From assembly GCA_977017575.1 (NCBI GenBank), contig CDRNVI010000044.1, forward strand, positions 806,001 to 870,000: a stretch of 64,000 bases of DNA, read 5' to 3'. A model generated the notes under the pieces. The model did no database searches, had not been told where the DNA came from, and worked only from the letters and a program-made list of their open reading frames with translations. The translations under genes and the position numbers were made by a program. This stretch comes from Paramoeba atlantica. Lineage: Eukaryota > Protista > Discosea. Positions 28,344-38,851 of the stretch are shown here, one piece after another (position 1 is the stretch's first letter; each line of letters starts with the position of its first letter).

Positions 28344-30194
28344 CTAAGCTCTGATGTCGTACTGGGCATGATGTGTTCCAGATAGATTTAGACTCGATAC
28401 CGATGGAGCCATACAACGAGGAATTGGCAAAACACTAAGAGAAGCGTGGACAAACTTTCCATAGGGATGAAGACCAGAGGTATGTTGTATGTTTCTTATT
28501 TTACACGCTTTCGAAACATCAGAAGGTAATATGATCTCATGGAACAAAATGAATGGCGCCCGTATCCTGCAACTAGGTTCCATTTTATAAGGCTCACCGC
28601 ATGCATACGGGATTCTCCTTCCACTGTGTGAATTACACTGTGCACTACTCAAGCGCAGTGAAACATGAGAAATGAATCTCAATCGAGGAAAGTTGGTTAA
28701 CACCGGTCGTGTGGAACAAGGCTTCGCTAGATTGACCTTTTGGGGATATTTTTCCGTCATTTTTCGTAGTAGAATAGTGTTCACGGAGCGTTTTTTCGCT
28801 ACAGGATTACGACGTGGGTGTACGTCTTGCGTATACCGTAGAATTGTATTAGCGGTCCTCCCATGATAAAAAATTATTAAACCTGCTATCGGATCCTTCC
28901 AGTATTGTGGTCTTATGAATCTTTCAGGACGCGACACCGGCTCTGGGTACCTTATCACTATATCCTTCCCTACATTCCTTGTTAATTTGTTTATATCCGT
29001 ATGTTTGTCCAAGGAAAGAAATCGCACGCTTTGTTTTCCTCGCCTGAGTTTATGCAGAAATGGCATAACTTTGTCTGCAATACTGTATAACATCTCTAAA
29101 ATCATAACCGTGCACAATTCGTGCATTGCATGCAGCGCAATAAAATATAACGCTCGTATTTCGACGGATACGGGATGAAATAAAGCATCAACGCCTATGG
29201 CGCTGTGAGTAGACCACAAATAAGCCTGAAGCTCCCCAAAAAGCGCCTCCATAATGTCAGCTTTTGTCTTACTCACTGGAGGCGCAAACTTCGCATCCCG
29301 CGGTATGCCATCTAGTACAATTTTTTCAAAACTTAAATAATCATAAGCATCACGTAGAGGTTCGTTGCCTTGAAGCAAGATGCAGTGCTGGTAGTAGCTA
29401 ATACGGTACTTGCCTTTAGTGCTTAACTCGGCTAAACGGTTGTAAAATAAAGACTTCATCACGTTGTCACCTATCCACTCAAAACGTTCAAAAGCTGTAC
29501 TACGTGATGCTTGAAATGTTATCCCGTACCCCGAGCCACCCCTCTCCGAGCCCCGAGCTTCCATAACAGAAAAACAACTCTTAAGCACACCTTGCCTCTT
29601 CATGAAGCGAAGGAGTTTAAATAGCTTCTTCTTCCTCTCACTTTGTAGCTCTGAACTAAGATGTGGTATTCGAAAGAAATTCTTACAATCACGAATCGGA
29701 GGCCACCACGATTCTATGATATCTTCTGGATTCACCCATGGATACTGATGATTCACGTTCATAATAGATTGAACTAAACTTTGTCTCACGATATGAAAAA
29801 CATTGAAGGATGTGTGTTCTGTATAGTCCGGAGCCGCTTCTTGGCAAAGTCGGCAGAAACCTTTTTCTTTATCTTCATATTCACGGCGGGGTTGAATATT
29901 GGCTCGATACCCTTCGAATGACGTGTCGTTTTCAAGCATGTAATCTGGGATATCGAATTTTGGACGGGCTTCACTCGTTGTTTTAGGTGACGCATAATGT
30001 CGAACGTTCGAAAAAAAAGGCAAAACTCGAACGACGTACATCTCGGAGGGTTGTAAAACGGGACGCGTAATCGACAATGCTCGCTGTATGCACAGAGCGC
30101 GCATGTTCATTGTTCTAAGACTTGTGGTTTCTTCATTTTGTGAACGTAATGCTCCGAGACTCTCAGGGTATACATGTAGGTATGCTCGTTGCAA
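28344..30194 (-). CDS. Mitochondrial RNase III endonuclease with U1-like zinc finger (RNA editing endonuclease KREN/mRPN1 family), copy A
   Basis: Presequence-like N-terminus, zinc finger FCRLCQE...HTSFNVFH, RNase III ERFEWIGD and KADIMEALFGE. Confidence 0.8.
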   Translation of the reverse strand: MQRAYLHVYPESLGALRSQNEETTSLRTMNMRALCIQRALSITRPVLQPSEMYVVRVLPFFSNVRHYASPKTTSEARPKFDIPDYMLENDTSFEGYRANIQPRREYEDKEKGFCRLCQEAAPDYTEHTSFNVFHIVRQSLVQSIMNVNHQYPWVNPEDIIESWWPPIRDCKNFFRIPHLSSELQSERKKKLFKLLRFMKRQGVLKSCFSVMEARGSERGGSGYGITFQASRSTAFERFEWIGDNVMKSLFYNRLAELSTKGKYRISYYQHCILLQGNEPLRDAYDYLSFEKIVLDGIPRDAKFAPPVSKTKADIMEALFGELQAYLWSTHSAIGVDALFHPVSVEIRALYFIALHAMHELCTVMILEMLYSIADKVMPFLHKLRRGKQSVRFLSLDKHTDINKLTRNVGKDIVIRYPEPVSRPERFIRPQYWKDPIAGLIIFYHGRTANTILRYTQDVHPRRNPVAKKRSVNTILLRKMTEKYPQKVNLAKPCSTRPVLTNFPRLRFISHVSLRLSSAQCNSHSGRRIPYACGEPYKMEPSCRIRAPFILFHEIILPSDVSKACKIRNIQHTSGLHPYGKFVHASLSVLPIPRCMAPSVSSLNLSGTHHAQYDIRA

Positions 30195-30530
30195 ATAGCC
30201 ATAGCATAGCGATAGAAATCAGCGGGCAAAGGTCAAAAATTATAAATCGTTAAAATAACCTTTTAATGAGCAAAGAACCTGTTGTTAAGTTTGCAAAGGG
30301 TAATGATCTAAGGCTGTCTTCTTTGATTACCTACAGTGATGGGCATTGACCCAATATTGAACAAATAAAAAAATATATTATTTTTTACGGTTTTCTATTA
30401 GTTTTGCTTCGTAATATTATTGGGTATCCTTTTCTAGTATTTTACACTCAACACTTTCAGTTCTTGTTTGTTTACATACACATTTGCGTTACGAACTCTT
30501 TTAAGGAACTCCTATAATTCTCACAGCGAT

Positions 30531-32426
30531 CTAGTCCACGTTCTTGCTGACACCGTACACGGTACGATGCCTCAAAAGTGGAGAGATTGAGTCAATATGT
30601 GGCAGTTTCAATAAATGAGAATTGGCGGCACAAGTGGTAAATGGTACCATACTATTCAAGATGAATTTGCGCGCGCTACACGGACGCCGCTGAAAGCATG
30701 CCCAACGAAAAGGAAAATTATTTCCAGCGCCTTTGATTTCCTCAAAACGTGTGTATAGATCTGCTTTTTCAGAGGCAAAATCAGAAAATCGTCGGGTTGA
30801 AATATAGCGTGAGGGAACTAGTAAGGGATAAATACGTTTATGGCATACAAGGTGCGATCTATAAATAACGCGCCAAATGGGGAATTCTGGAGATGAATGA
30901 ATAACGTCCGTTACTGCTCGATACGATGACTTTTGTATGCCATACACCGGTTGGGATTTATTGCTCTCCGTCGCAGGATTGTAGAAGACTACGGCAATAA
31001 AGTGTGGTACAGAAAAACTTTGGTGCCACCCAAGAGGTTCGAAGGATTCACCGAAACGTCGGGTGTTCGTTCCCTGTTTTCTAGGGACGCTACGCATAGA
31101 GAGAGCATAGGCAACATCGGCCACAGGGGTTAAAAGGGATAGCTCGTTTTGCAGCCGCCGGTGTTGCGTTATTGCCGTACGAACTATAGGATCTTCCAAT
31201 GTGTCCAAAGTATTATCTGGGGGTGAGCCATTCAATGAAAGATGTGTTCTTCTTCTCAAGGTGTAGAACCATGAGATGCTTCTTTCAAGTAAGGTACGTG
31301 TGGCGTTTCTATATTCGCAACATGCAGCTGCTAATCGATGTAAAAGTTTGCATACGGGAACAATCTGTGGGGCTCCAATGTTTGGCTTTAAGATACGTAG
31401 TCGTTTTTCCACAGTAGAAACTGAAGCAGTACATAGTGATCGATAATGTCTAAAGAAAGGTTGTACCTTCACCATAAGTGACCTTAGGTGTAACAGCAAA
31501 ACCATAAAGACAAGCTCATGCAATACATGACAGGCGATAGTGTGCAGGACTCGGTCTTCCAAGAGCAAAGAAGGGAGATGTGAAAAATGAAGTGGTTGCA
31601 TTTCAGTGCTATACAAGTAGGTAGTGAGTTCGCCATGAAGTGCTTCAACGGCATCAGCCATCAATTTTCCAGTAGGAAATTTCACTGGCGCGTCGCGATC
31701 GCGCTTGTGTCCGTGTAGAATCAAAGATGTTAAATCTAATAAAGAATACGTTTTTTGAAGCCCCTCATTAGACTGCAAGTAATCAAGCAAAGCTCCTATC
31801 CCTCTCCCCGTATACGAAAATAGTGTTGCATCTGTCATTTTTCTGTAGAGTCGACGAGAGACAACGTCTCCAACCCATTCAAAACGATCCAGCTGGCTTG
31901 TGCCGGAGAACATAAACGCTTTTTGAAACTCATTGACCGCAAGCAAACGCAAGCTATAGTCTAGTACGCCACACTGTTTAAGAAACTTGATTGCAGCTCT
32001 CAAAGATTCAGCTCGCGAATCAATATCCCCCATTGAAGCATTCCGAGAAAATATGCTGTTGGGAAAAGCCTTTCTAAAGTTGTACTCTACTTCAGCAAGG
32101 AACCATTCCTCATAATTCCTTTGACAATGTTGGAGTAGTATACGAAACAGTACGATTGCTGCACCATGACTCGTTTCCGAAAGGTGTTCCGGAAGATTCT
32201 GCGGGCAGCGAACATGACACAGCAGACATTCCCCTGTTGCAATATCATAAAATACTTTGCTTTTTCCAGCTGATTCATCATCACAGCTTGAGCTCTCCGG
32301 TGGTTGAGAGGAGTCGTAAGACAGAAACCTGCATGGAAAATGTTTCACTATCCTGTTTGGCAGCATTGCCTTGATAGATGCATTCCGAACACCTAAAAAA
32401 TGCAAGACATTCATGGGCAACGTCAT
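30531..32426 (-). CDS. Mitochondrial RNase III endonuclease with U1-like zinc finger (KREN/mRPN1 family), copy B
   Basis: Zinc finger ECLLCHV...HLSETSH, RNase III DRFEWVGD and MADAVEALHGE; presequence-like N-terminus. Confidence 0.8.
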   Translation of the reverse strand: MTLPMNVLHFLGVRNASIKAMLPNRIVKHFPCRFLSYDSSQPPESSSCDDESAGKSKVFYDIATGECLLCHVRCPQNLPEHLSETSHGAAIVLFRILLQHCQRNYEEWFLAEVEYNFRKAFPNSIFSRNASMGDIDSRAESLRAAIKFLKQCGVLDYSLRLLAVNEFQKAFMFSGTSQLDRFEWVGDVVSRRLYRKMTDATLFSYTGRGIGALLDYLQSNEGLQKTYSLLDLTSLILHGHKRDRDAPVKFPTGKLMADAVEALHGELTTYLYSTEMQPLHFSHLPSLLLEDRVLHTIACHVLHELVFMVLLLHLRSLMVKVQPFFRHYRSLCTASVSTVEKRLRILKPNIGAPQIVPVCKLLHRLAAACCEYRNATRTLLERSISWFYTLRRRTHLSLNGSPPDNTLDTLEDPIVRTAITQHRRLQNELSLLTPVADVAYALSMRSVPRKQGTNTRRFGESFEPLGWHQSFSVPHFIAVVFYNPATESNKSQPVYGIQKSSYRAVTDVIHSSPEFPIWRVIYRSHLVCHKRIYPLLVPSRYISTRRFSDFASEKADLYTRFEEIKGAGNNFPFRWACFQRRPCSARKFILNSMVPFTTCAANSHLLKLPHIDSISPLLRHRTVYGVSKNVD

Positions 32427-32748
32427 TCACTGAAGCAATTCATGACCAAATAATCAGGATGCTCAACACTCAATATCTTCAAGTTGTATTGATCATGGAG
32501 CGTGAAGGCCTCATGCTTATCGTGTAATGAAGCCAGAGAAAAAACATTCAGCAGACATGACATTCTATAAAACAAATGCTTTATGAAGTTGTGTGCAAAT
32601 TCCGTCCGCTATTCTTTTCAGTAAAGAAAGACGTCCTATAACACACAAATAATACTCGCGATAGTACTCAATCAAAATCACACTCGCAGAACGAATGCGT
32701 CGACAAATCATTTGCTAAATAGAAATATGATCCTTTCCTGATACTTTG

Positions 32749-33537
32749 TCAGCATCGCAACCGATCTTGCTCCTTGGACTGGCACTCGTCTAAATGCATA
32801 CCATCTCGCAGAATTTGCTGGATATGGGTGGTGAGAGGAAAACCACGAGCGACCATATGAGCGACTACGTGCAAAGCTTTTTCGACGTGAAGAGAATTCA
32901 CACAGCATTGCACGATAGCTCCGAAACAAACTGTGGTCGGTTCTATTTTCTTCATTCTCATGCTTCGGAAGACTGACATAGCCGCTTTCCACTGGTTTCC
33001 GCGGGAGCAAGCATGAATCGCTGCAGTATAAACGAAAACATTCAAGCAAGCGCGCGGAGTATCTATATCGTTTAAAATCGATAGCGCAGTTTCCCAATCT
33101 TGTTTCTCTGCTAATGAGGACATAATAGCGGTGAAACAATAAGCATTAAGTTCTGGCTTTCCACACACTTTGGCTGTATAGAACAATCGAAGAGCAAGAT
33201 CAGGACGTTTTCCTGCGCGACAGGCCTCTAAAGCGACGGCATACGAGCGCTCGTTATCGTTAACCCCCTTTAATATTTGTTCAGTGTGAAATGCCAAAGC
33301 TTTTTGCCAATGTCCTGCTTTCACGCAAGCAGAGAGCAAAGTTGTATAATGGTACACGTTAGGTTGTACAAAACCATTTTTTGTGGATGAACAAAACGTT
33401 TCTATTGCTTCTTCCCATCCGCGATTTCGTGCCAAGTGGTTAAGTTCTTCCGTAAGCCACCGTTGGCTCCAATTTTCCAGGAAACGATTGACTCGCCCTC
33501 TTTTAATATAAGATCGCGCAAAACTCATGTATGACAA
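32749..33537 (-). CDS. Pentatricopeptide repeat (PPR) protein
   Basis: 35-aa repeats: PNVYHYTTLLSACVKAGHWQKAL, NERSYAVALEAC, NAYCFTAIMSSL, NVFVYTAAIHACSRGNQWKAA, PTTVCFGAIV. Confidence 0.9.
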   Translation of the reverse strand: MSYMSFARSYIKRGRVNRFLENWSQRWLTEELNHLARNRGWEEAIETFCSSTKNGFVQPNVYHYTTLLSACVKAGHWQKALAFHTEQILKGVNDNERSYAVALEACRAGKRPDLALRLFYTAKVCGKPELNAYCFTAIMSSLAEKQDWETALSILNDIDTPRACLNVFVYTAAIHACSRGNQWKAAMSVFRSMRMKKIEPTTVCFGAIVQCCVNSLHVEKALHVVAHMVARGFPLTTHIQQILRDGMHLDECQSKEQDRLRC

Positions 33538-33854
33538 CGTTCCTCTGAAGAATTAGATTCCAAACATGAAAACTATATTATGCAATAGAAGTTCTACATA
33601 TTGAGTATGCAGCTCAAGCTTTGAGCTAGACTTCACTGATTATTAAAGTAGTTGTCTTCCCATGATCATTTTCCAGAGTTCTCCCCAAAATACCACAAGA
33701 AAGCTCAGATAAAATTTTCTCCAAAACAGGACTACAGTCAATGTTTTCACGCGGATAATTGAAACGAATAAAATCGGCGGTTCAAAAAATTGTCATAAAT
33801 ATCTTACAAGTTGACGTAAGGCACAGAATTATCTTTAATTCAGCATCATTACAC

Positions 33855-34193
33855 TTATCTTGGTATATGTGCCTTCGTTAACCGTTTTACTGCATCGGGG
33901 TTAAGTTTCATGCGTGGCGCAGTTTCAGCCTCGTAAGCACGTGCTAAATATTCTCTAACAGTGGTCATCGCTTTCACAAAAGATTCATCGGGAGGAATAT
34001 TCCGAGCAGAAAGGTATGAAAAAAATACAACAACTGTTGTGTATGCCTTAAGTGCCTCCAAGCGGGCGCGTGTAGATGCTGATAGCGCATCGTAATCTAT
34101 TTTTTTGCACTCCACGAGGGGAATCGTAACAGATGAAAGATCTCGGACAGAATTCAAGAATTCCAATACACACTTCTCATGGTCGGGATCCAT
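33855..34193 (-). CDS. C1D: Exosome cofactor C1D/Rrp47
   Basis: RARLEALKAYTTVVVFFSYL...VREYLARA...PRMKLNPDAVKRLTKAHI, Sas10/Utp3/C1D pattern. Confidence 0.78.
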   Translation of the reverse strand: MDPDHEKCVLEFLNSVRDLSSVTIPLVECKKIDYDALSASTRARLEALKAYTTVVVFFSYLSARNIPPDESFVKAMTTVREYLARAYEAETAPRMKLNPDAVKRLTKAHIPR

Positions 34194-34361
34194 TCAAAAC
34201 TTTATACAAAACAAAAACAAAGACGAAGTATCTCTTAGACTTAAAACAAATAGAATAGTGATGCAAATGACTATTGTTCTCACTAAATATTAATATCAAC
34301 GACCAATCAACAAACGAAACAACAACGACAGATCTTTGAATCCTGTTACAGGGTACATCAT

Positions 34362-37300
34362 TCACATTCCATGAACAGCACTTCTGACCTTAATGCGAGG
34401 ACGAATACCCATGCCTTGCAATTCTTGAAACAAAAGTTTACATGCATACGGAATCGTGATTTTCCCCGATTTCGATGTCTTGTGGCAGTAGGGGCACGGG
34501 GCATCGGGAGCTCCGATAAAACCACACTCACGACACACACTCACCACAGTAGCATCGCTGGAGAGTAACATTCGTTCGTGCAGCAACATGGAGGCACCGT
34601 ATCCAACGAAACAGTCCCGTTCCATCTCACCCAGCCGTTGCCCCCCATTCCGATTCCGTCCCTGCATCGGTTGCCGTGTCAACGTCGAGGTTGGACCATG
34701 GGCGCGCGCATGCACCTTATCAATCACCATATGCTTCAATTTCTGATAGTAAATCGGTCCGTAAAACACATAACCCGGCAACACCTCCCCCGTAATCCCG
34801 CTATAAAACACATCCCTCCCATGGTAGCTAAACCCGTACCTCACCAGGTCCTTCCCCATGTCCTGCAGCGTATCCCCCCCGAACGCGGTCCCATCCCCGG
34901 CGCCCCCTTTCAGCACCGCGGCCTTCCCGGACAGCATCTCCAGCATCTTCCCCACCGTCATACGGGAGGGGAACCCGTGGGGGTTCATGATAATATCCGG
35001 GGCCATCCCTTGATCATTAAAGGGGAGATCGGGCTGGAACGCAATCAGCCCGCACACCCCTTTCTGCCCGTGCCGGGAGCTGAACTTGTCCCCGACCTCG
35101 GGGCGCCGGGTGTCCCGGAGTAACACCTTGAGCACCGAGCCGCAGGGCTCCGTGGGGGCCAGCAGCACGCGGTCCACCACCGCGGGCTGCGGGCCCTCGA
35201 AACGGAGCGGGGAGGCGATGGGGTTCGCGCTTGTGGAGGTGGGGAGCAGTTTCTGCGCAAGCAGGGCTCCGGGTTTGACCCGGGTGCCGGCATGCACGAC
35301 CCCGTCGTCGTGGTCCGGGGGGGTCACAACCTCGGGGGTGGTGGATTGTACCGGGTGGGTGGGGGGGACGACACGAAGGGTTTCGTTTTCTTGGACCAGG
35401 GTGACGGCTTTTCGTAGGGAGACACACCGCATGAAGCCGCGGTCGATGGCGGTACCGTTGTGGATTTGGGCGTCCTCGAGGTCGTAGCCGGAGTAGGACA
35501 TGACGGCGACCATGGCGTTGATCCCGGCCCCGAGTTCGTGGAAGGAGGTGAGCTCAAGGGTTCGGGTGGTGCAAAGGGGACGTTGGGGGTAGACAAGGAG
35601 AAGGGCGTTGGTGTCTATCCGCTTGTGTTGATTGTAGGCGAGAGCTCCAAGTGCTTGCTTCCCCATTGCACACTGATAAGTGTTACGAGGACTTTGATTG
35701 TGATGAGGAAAGGGAATAAGGCCAGCAACTGTACCAAGCAAGGGAAAACTTGCGATTTCGAGATGGGTGTGTCGTGTAGTCACATCAGCCAAATTTACCG
35801 CAATCAGTGCGTCGTTCTCTTCGTTTGCATCAAGATATTCAATAATGCCTTCAAGAACGAAATCGTCAAACGAACGTAGCCGTTGTGACAGTTGCTGCAA
35901 GTGGTACGGCTGCAAAACCGGCACTCCCTCTTTTACAATTAAAACAGGTCGACAGAGACGTCCACCATCACACGACACGTGAACAGCCCGTTGACTCTGT
36001 TGACGGTAAATGGAAAGGAAGGAGTCTAGGCGTCCACGACGTCGGAGCTCTCGGATCTGATCTATGAGATAAGTTGGATAGCGGTGAATTCCAATCACTT
36101 CTCCGTCGCAGAAGACAGTCCACTCTTGATTCACATCCACTGGTGATACCGACTCTAAGAGTTCGACACCAAGGTACTGACACAGCTGAACAACCTTGTT
36201 TTTCAACTCATCATTATCGTTTGTGACCTCACAAAGAAGAGCAAAGTTCTTAACAATACCTATGCTTTCGCCCTCAGGGGTGTCACTCGGGCACATCAAG
36301 CCCCACTGACTGCCGTGCAGTGCACGCGGTGTAGTAACTTTTCTGGTTTTATCAAACGTTGAAGTAAGCTTAGTCAACATCCCTACGGTATGAATGTAGG
36401 ATTGACGTGTTAAAATCTGTGTCACTCCGGATACATCAATACTGAAGCGAGAAACCTTCCACTGGCCAGAAGATATGGCACGGCAAAATGCTTTTTCCAT
36501 GTCGCATTTTTCCATATGCCGGGGAAAGTCCCACGTACCTGCTGTATTGGGCTTCGAGAGTACTCGATCAGCTTCATCTCTCAGTGCCTTGTTGTAAAAC
36601 TTGAACTGGTCCTCAAATAAGTAGCTCAGCAGTGTACCGGCAAGTTCGAAACGTTTATTTCCGAAAAAGTCTTTATCGTCTACAAGTTTTTCATCATGCA
36701 TAGCACTGATGAGGCGTCTAATCATAAGACACACGTAGACTGCTTTGTATCGAAAGTTCCAGTGGCGTGACACCTCACCTTCCTGAATGTGACATAGAAA
36801 GACTTTCGCTAGAAACTCTGCAGCGCAGTCTCCTGTCGATATAGGAAACCCTCTCTCGTCCAAATCACGACGTCGAGTGTAGCGACCGCCTAGATAATTG
36901 AGCGCCTGATCTTGAGTAAATATTCCTAACTGGTGGCAATCATGGATACAATTTCCGAAAAATTCTAAGAATTCGGGTGCTGTTCCTACACTAAGAACTA
37001 TCTCTTGTTCCCATACCATACCGAACGCCTTCAGTAGGACAAGAACTGGTATTAAACCATCAAGACTGTTGTGCTTCACGTACAGGTGTCTATTCCTTTC
37101 CACTATTGTCGCTCTACCTTTACTAAAGTGAGTGCTGGAATGCACTGTAGCAAAGATGCGGTTGAACCCATCTTTTTCGACCATTATTCTATTCTTGCTT
37201 TGTTGTTCCTGCACCATGATCACCTTTTCTGTACCACTTACTATGAAGTAGCCACCCGGGTCATGAGGACATTCTTGAGCGCGCACAAGGTGTTCTGCCG

Positions 37301-37736
37301 GTTTACCATGGAGACAACATTTGTGTGACCGTACCATAATTGGAATTCCTCCAATACGGCTGGATCCCGTTTTTGTTATAATCTTCCCGTCAGGACTTTG
37401 CTTAGTGTACGTGTATAGTACTCGAATCCCACCAAGATAGGTCAGGTCACGCAAGCGACATTCCTGCGGTGTTACTGGTCGGGTTGTATTGTTTCCAAGT
37501 TCCGTCGGGGGGTCTACTCGAATCTTCGAGTAACGAAGAAAAATTTTGTCGTTCTTAGTAGGTCGAACTTCCCTGTTTGCATCCAAAATTTTTGCAATCT
37601 CATGTTCAATGAAGTGATTAAAGCTTGAGAGATGCTGACGGATCAGGCCTTTTGATCTTATGAAGGCAGGCACTAGTTTCCACATCTCTCCCAGATCTTC
37701 ATTCGAATTCAGTAATGTTTTCGGACTGTCGGCCAT
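34362..37736 (-). CDS. POLR3B: RNA polymerase III second-largest subunit RPC2
   Basis: LVPAFIRSKGLIRQHLSSFN, GLMCPSDTPEGESIG, HHNQSPRNTYQCAMGKQ, GDKFSSRHGQKG, MNPHGFPSRMT, GGQRLGEMERD, C-terminal zinc site. Confidence 0.93.
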   Translation of the reverse strand: MADSPKTLLNSNEDLGEMWKLVPAFIRSKGLIRQHLSSFNHFIEHEIAKILDANREVRPTKNDKIFLRYSKIRVDPPTELGNNTTRPVTPQECRLRDLTYLGGIRVLYTYTKQSPDGKIITKTGSSRIGGIPIMVRSHKCCLHGKPAEHLVRAQECPHDPGGYFIVSGTEKVIMVQEQQSKNRIMVEKDGFNRIFATVHSSTHFSKGRATIVERNRHLYVKHNSLDGLIPVLVLLKAFGMVWEQEIVLSVGTAPEFLEFFGNCIHDCHQLGIFTQDQALNYLGGRYTRRRDLDERGFPISTGDCAAEFLAKVFLCHIQEGEVSRHWNFRYKAVYVCLMIRRLISAMHDEKLVDDKDFFGNKRFELAGTLLSYLFEDQFKFYNKALRDEADRVLSKPNTAGTWDFPRHMEKCDMEKAFCRAISSGQWKVSRFSIDVSGVTQILTRQSYIHTVGMLTKLTSTFDKTRKVTTPRALHGSQWGLMCPSDTPEGESIGIVKNFALLCEVTNDNDELKNKVVQLCQYLGVELLESVSPVDVNQEWTVFCDGEVIGIHRYPTYLIDQIRELRRRGRLDSFLSIYRQQSQRAVHVSCDGGRLCRPVLIVKEGVPVLQPYHLQQLSQRLRSFDDFVLEGIIEYLDANEENDALIAVNLADVTTRHTHLEIASFPLLGTVAGLIPFPHHNQSPRNTYQCAMGKQALGALAYNQHKRIDTNALLLVYPQRPLCTTRTLELTSFHELGAGINAMVAVMSYSGYDLEDAQIHNGTAIDRGFMRCVSLRKAVTLVQENETLRVVPPTHPVQSTTPEVVTPPDHDDGVVHAGTRVKPGALLAQKLLPTSTSANPIASPLRFEGPQPAVVDRVLLAPTEPCGSVLKVLLRDTRRPEVGDKFSSRHGQKGVCGLIAFQPDLPFNDQGMAPDIIMNPHGFPSRMTVGKMLEMLSGKAAVLKGGAGDGTAFGGDTLQDMGKDLVRYGFSYHGRDVFYSGITGEVLPGYVFYGPIYYQKLKHMVIDKVHARAHGPTSTLTRQPMQGRNRNGGQRLGEMERDCFVGYGASMLLHERMLLSSDATVVSVCRECGFIGAPDAPCPYCHKTSKSGKITIPYACKLLFQELQGMGIRPRIKVRSAVHGM
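34560..35640. other. GC-rich skew-inversion island 5 (inside the RPC2 3' half)
   Basis: C-rich ~34600-34960 and G-rich ~35200-35620. Abrupt return to AT-balanced sequence at ~35640. Confidence 0.75.
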
Positions 37737-37954
37737 TAAGATAAAAAAATGAGGAGGAAAGAGCTATTGGACTGTGAGGGAACATAGGCGATGATCTTCA
37801 AAATTATATCCATGGGAAATCGTAGAGCATTAACCTTACCGATGCACGGATACTATCATACTGTATATATTCTGTATATCACAGAATAGCAAGAAAACTT
37901 AGCCTCTAGTAGGCATTCATCCTCTATTTTTTGACGTCTCCTCTATGCGAAACT

Positions 37955-38617
37955 TTATAATTGTCTAAAGAAATTCCTTCTTTGTTGCAAAACTTTATGA
38001 GAAATTCGAATATCTTCAAGCGTAATGACGTTTATGATTACTTCTTCTAAATTCTGATGCTGCGTTGCAGGTTGTTCCGTACCGCCAACAAGTCTGATCC
38101 GCTTTGAGGATGCACAGATATTTTCAATGCTAGGGGGATACTTTTTGTGCTCTTTTACTAAATGTATCATTTGACTTTTGAATTGTGGCTGATACATATT
38201 GTGCGCACGCATATTTAGTAAATTGATTTTATATTCCACTTGGCTTTTTCTTCTTTCTTGCCATCCCTCAGCTGATGGGTATGTTCCGCCTTTTGCACTT
38301 TTCGCCGGTTGTTCTATTGCTTTTGACACTTGTAAAGGGAATGTCTGCGTCTCTGTAGCATCACGACGCTGTAAAGGTCTTGAATTTTTGGCTCGTTTAT
38401 TCCTTTTGAAACTTACACTAAGTTTGGCAGACAATTCGACCGTGTCCATCGCAATTCCAACAATAACATGCGCGAGCATTGTACATGCCTCACCTGTCAT
38501 GCCTACAATCGGTGTTTCGTCAAAGCTTTCCATGAATTTGGATATTTTTGCATCGCAAAATATGTGCACAGTAAAGTAAAATTGAGATGAAGAATGAAAA
38601 TTTGTTCTATTTACCAC
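37955..38617 (-). CDS. Hypothetical protein
   Basis: 220-aa ORF in gene orientation filling an otherwise empty gap. No recognised domain; start uncertain. Confidence 0.45.
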   Translation of the reverse strand: MVNRTNFHSSSQFYFTVHIFCDAKISKFMESFDETPIVGMTGEACTMLAHVIVGIAMDTVELSAKLSVSFKRNKRAKNSRPLQRRDATETQTFPLQVSKAIEQPAKSAKGGTYPSAEGWQERRKSQVEYKINLLNMRAHNMYQPQFKSQMIHLVKEHKKYPPSIENICASSKRIRLVGGTEQPATQHQNLEEVIINVITLEDIRISHKVLQQRRNFFRQL

Positions 38618-38851
38618 CGAATCATTTTGCCCCTCTTACTCCCTTAAATTTTAAGCGAAGCAACAGTGATTGCTCATTATCATCTACACTATTTCAAAGT
38701 AGAGCGGAGGGTAGTAGCTGTAAAAGGAGATGCTTGTATTCATAAAAATGCATATTAATTTCGGGCAATATTAGTTCGTGATATCATAACTGAATGCACC
38801 TGAAATGCATACAGAACAGGGCACGCAAAGGTCAAAAGAGTTGATTTTTTT

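Noticed and set aside
32708-33139. 143-aa same-strand ORF overlapping the PPR gene
   Set aside because: Alternative frame with no motif; the PPR frame is clearly the conserved one.
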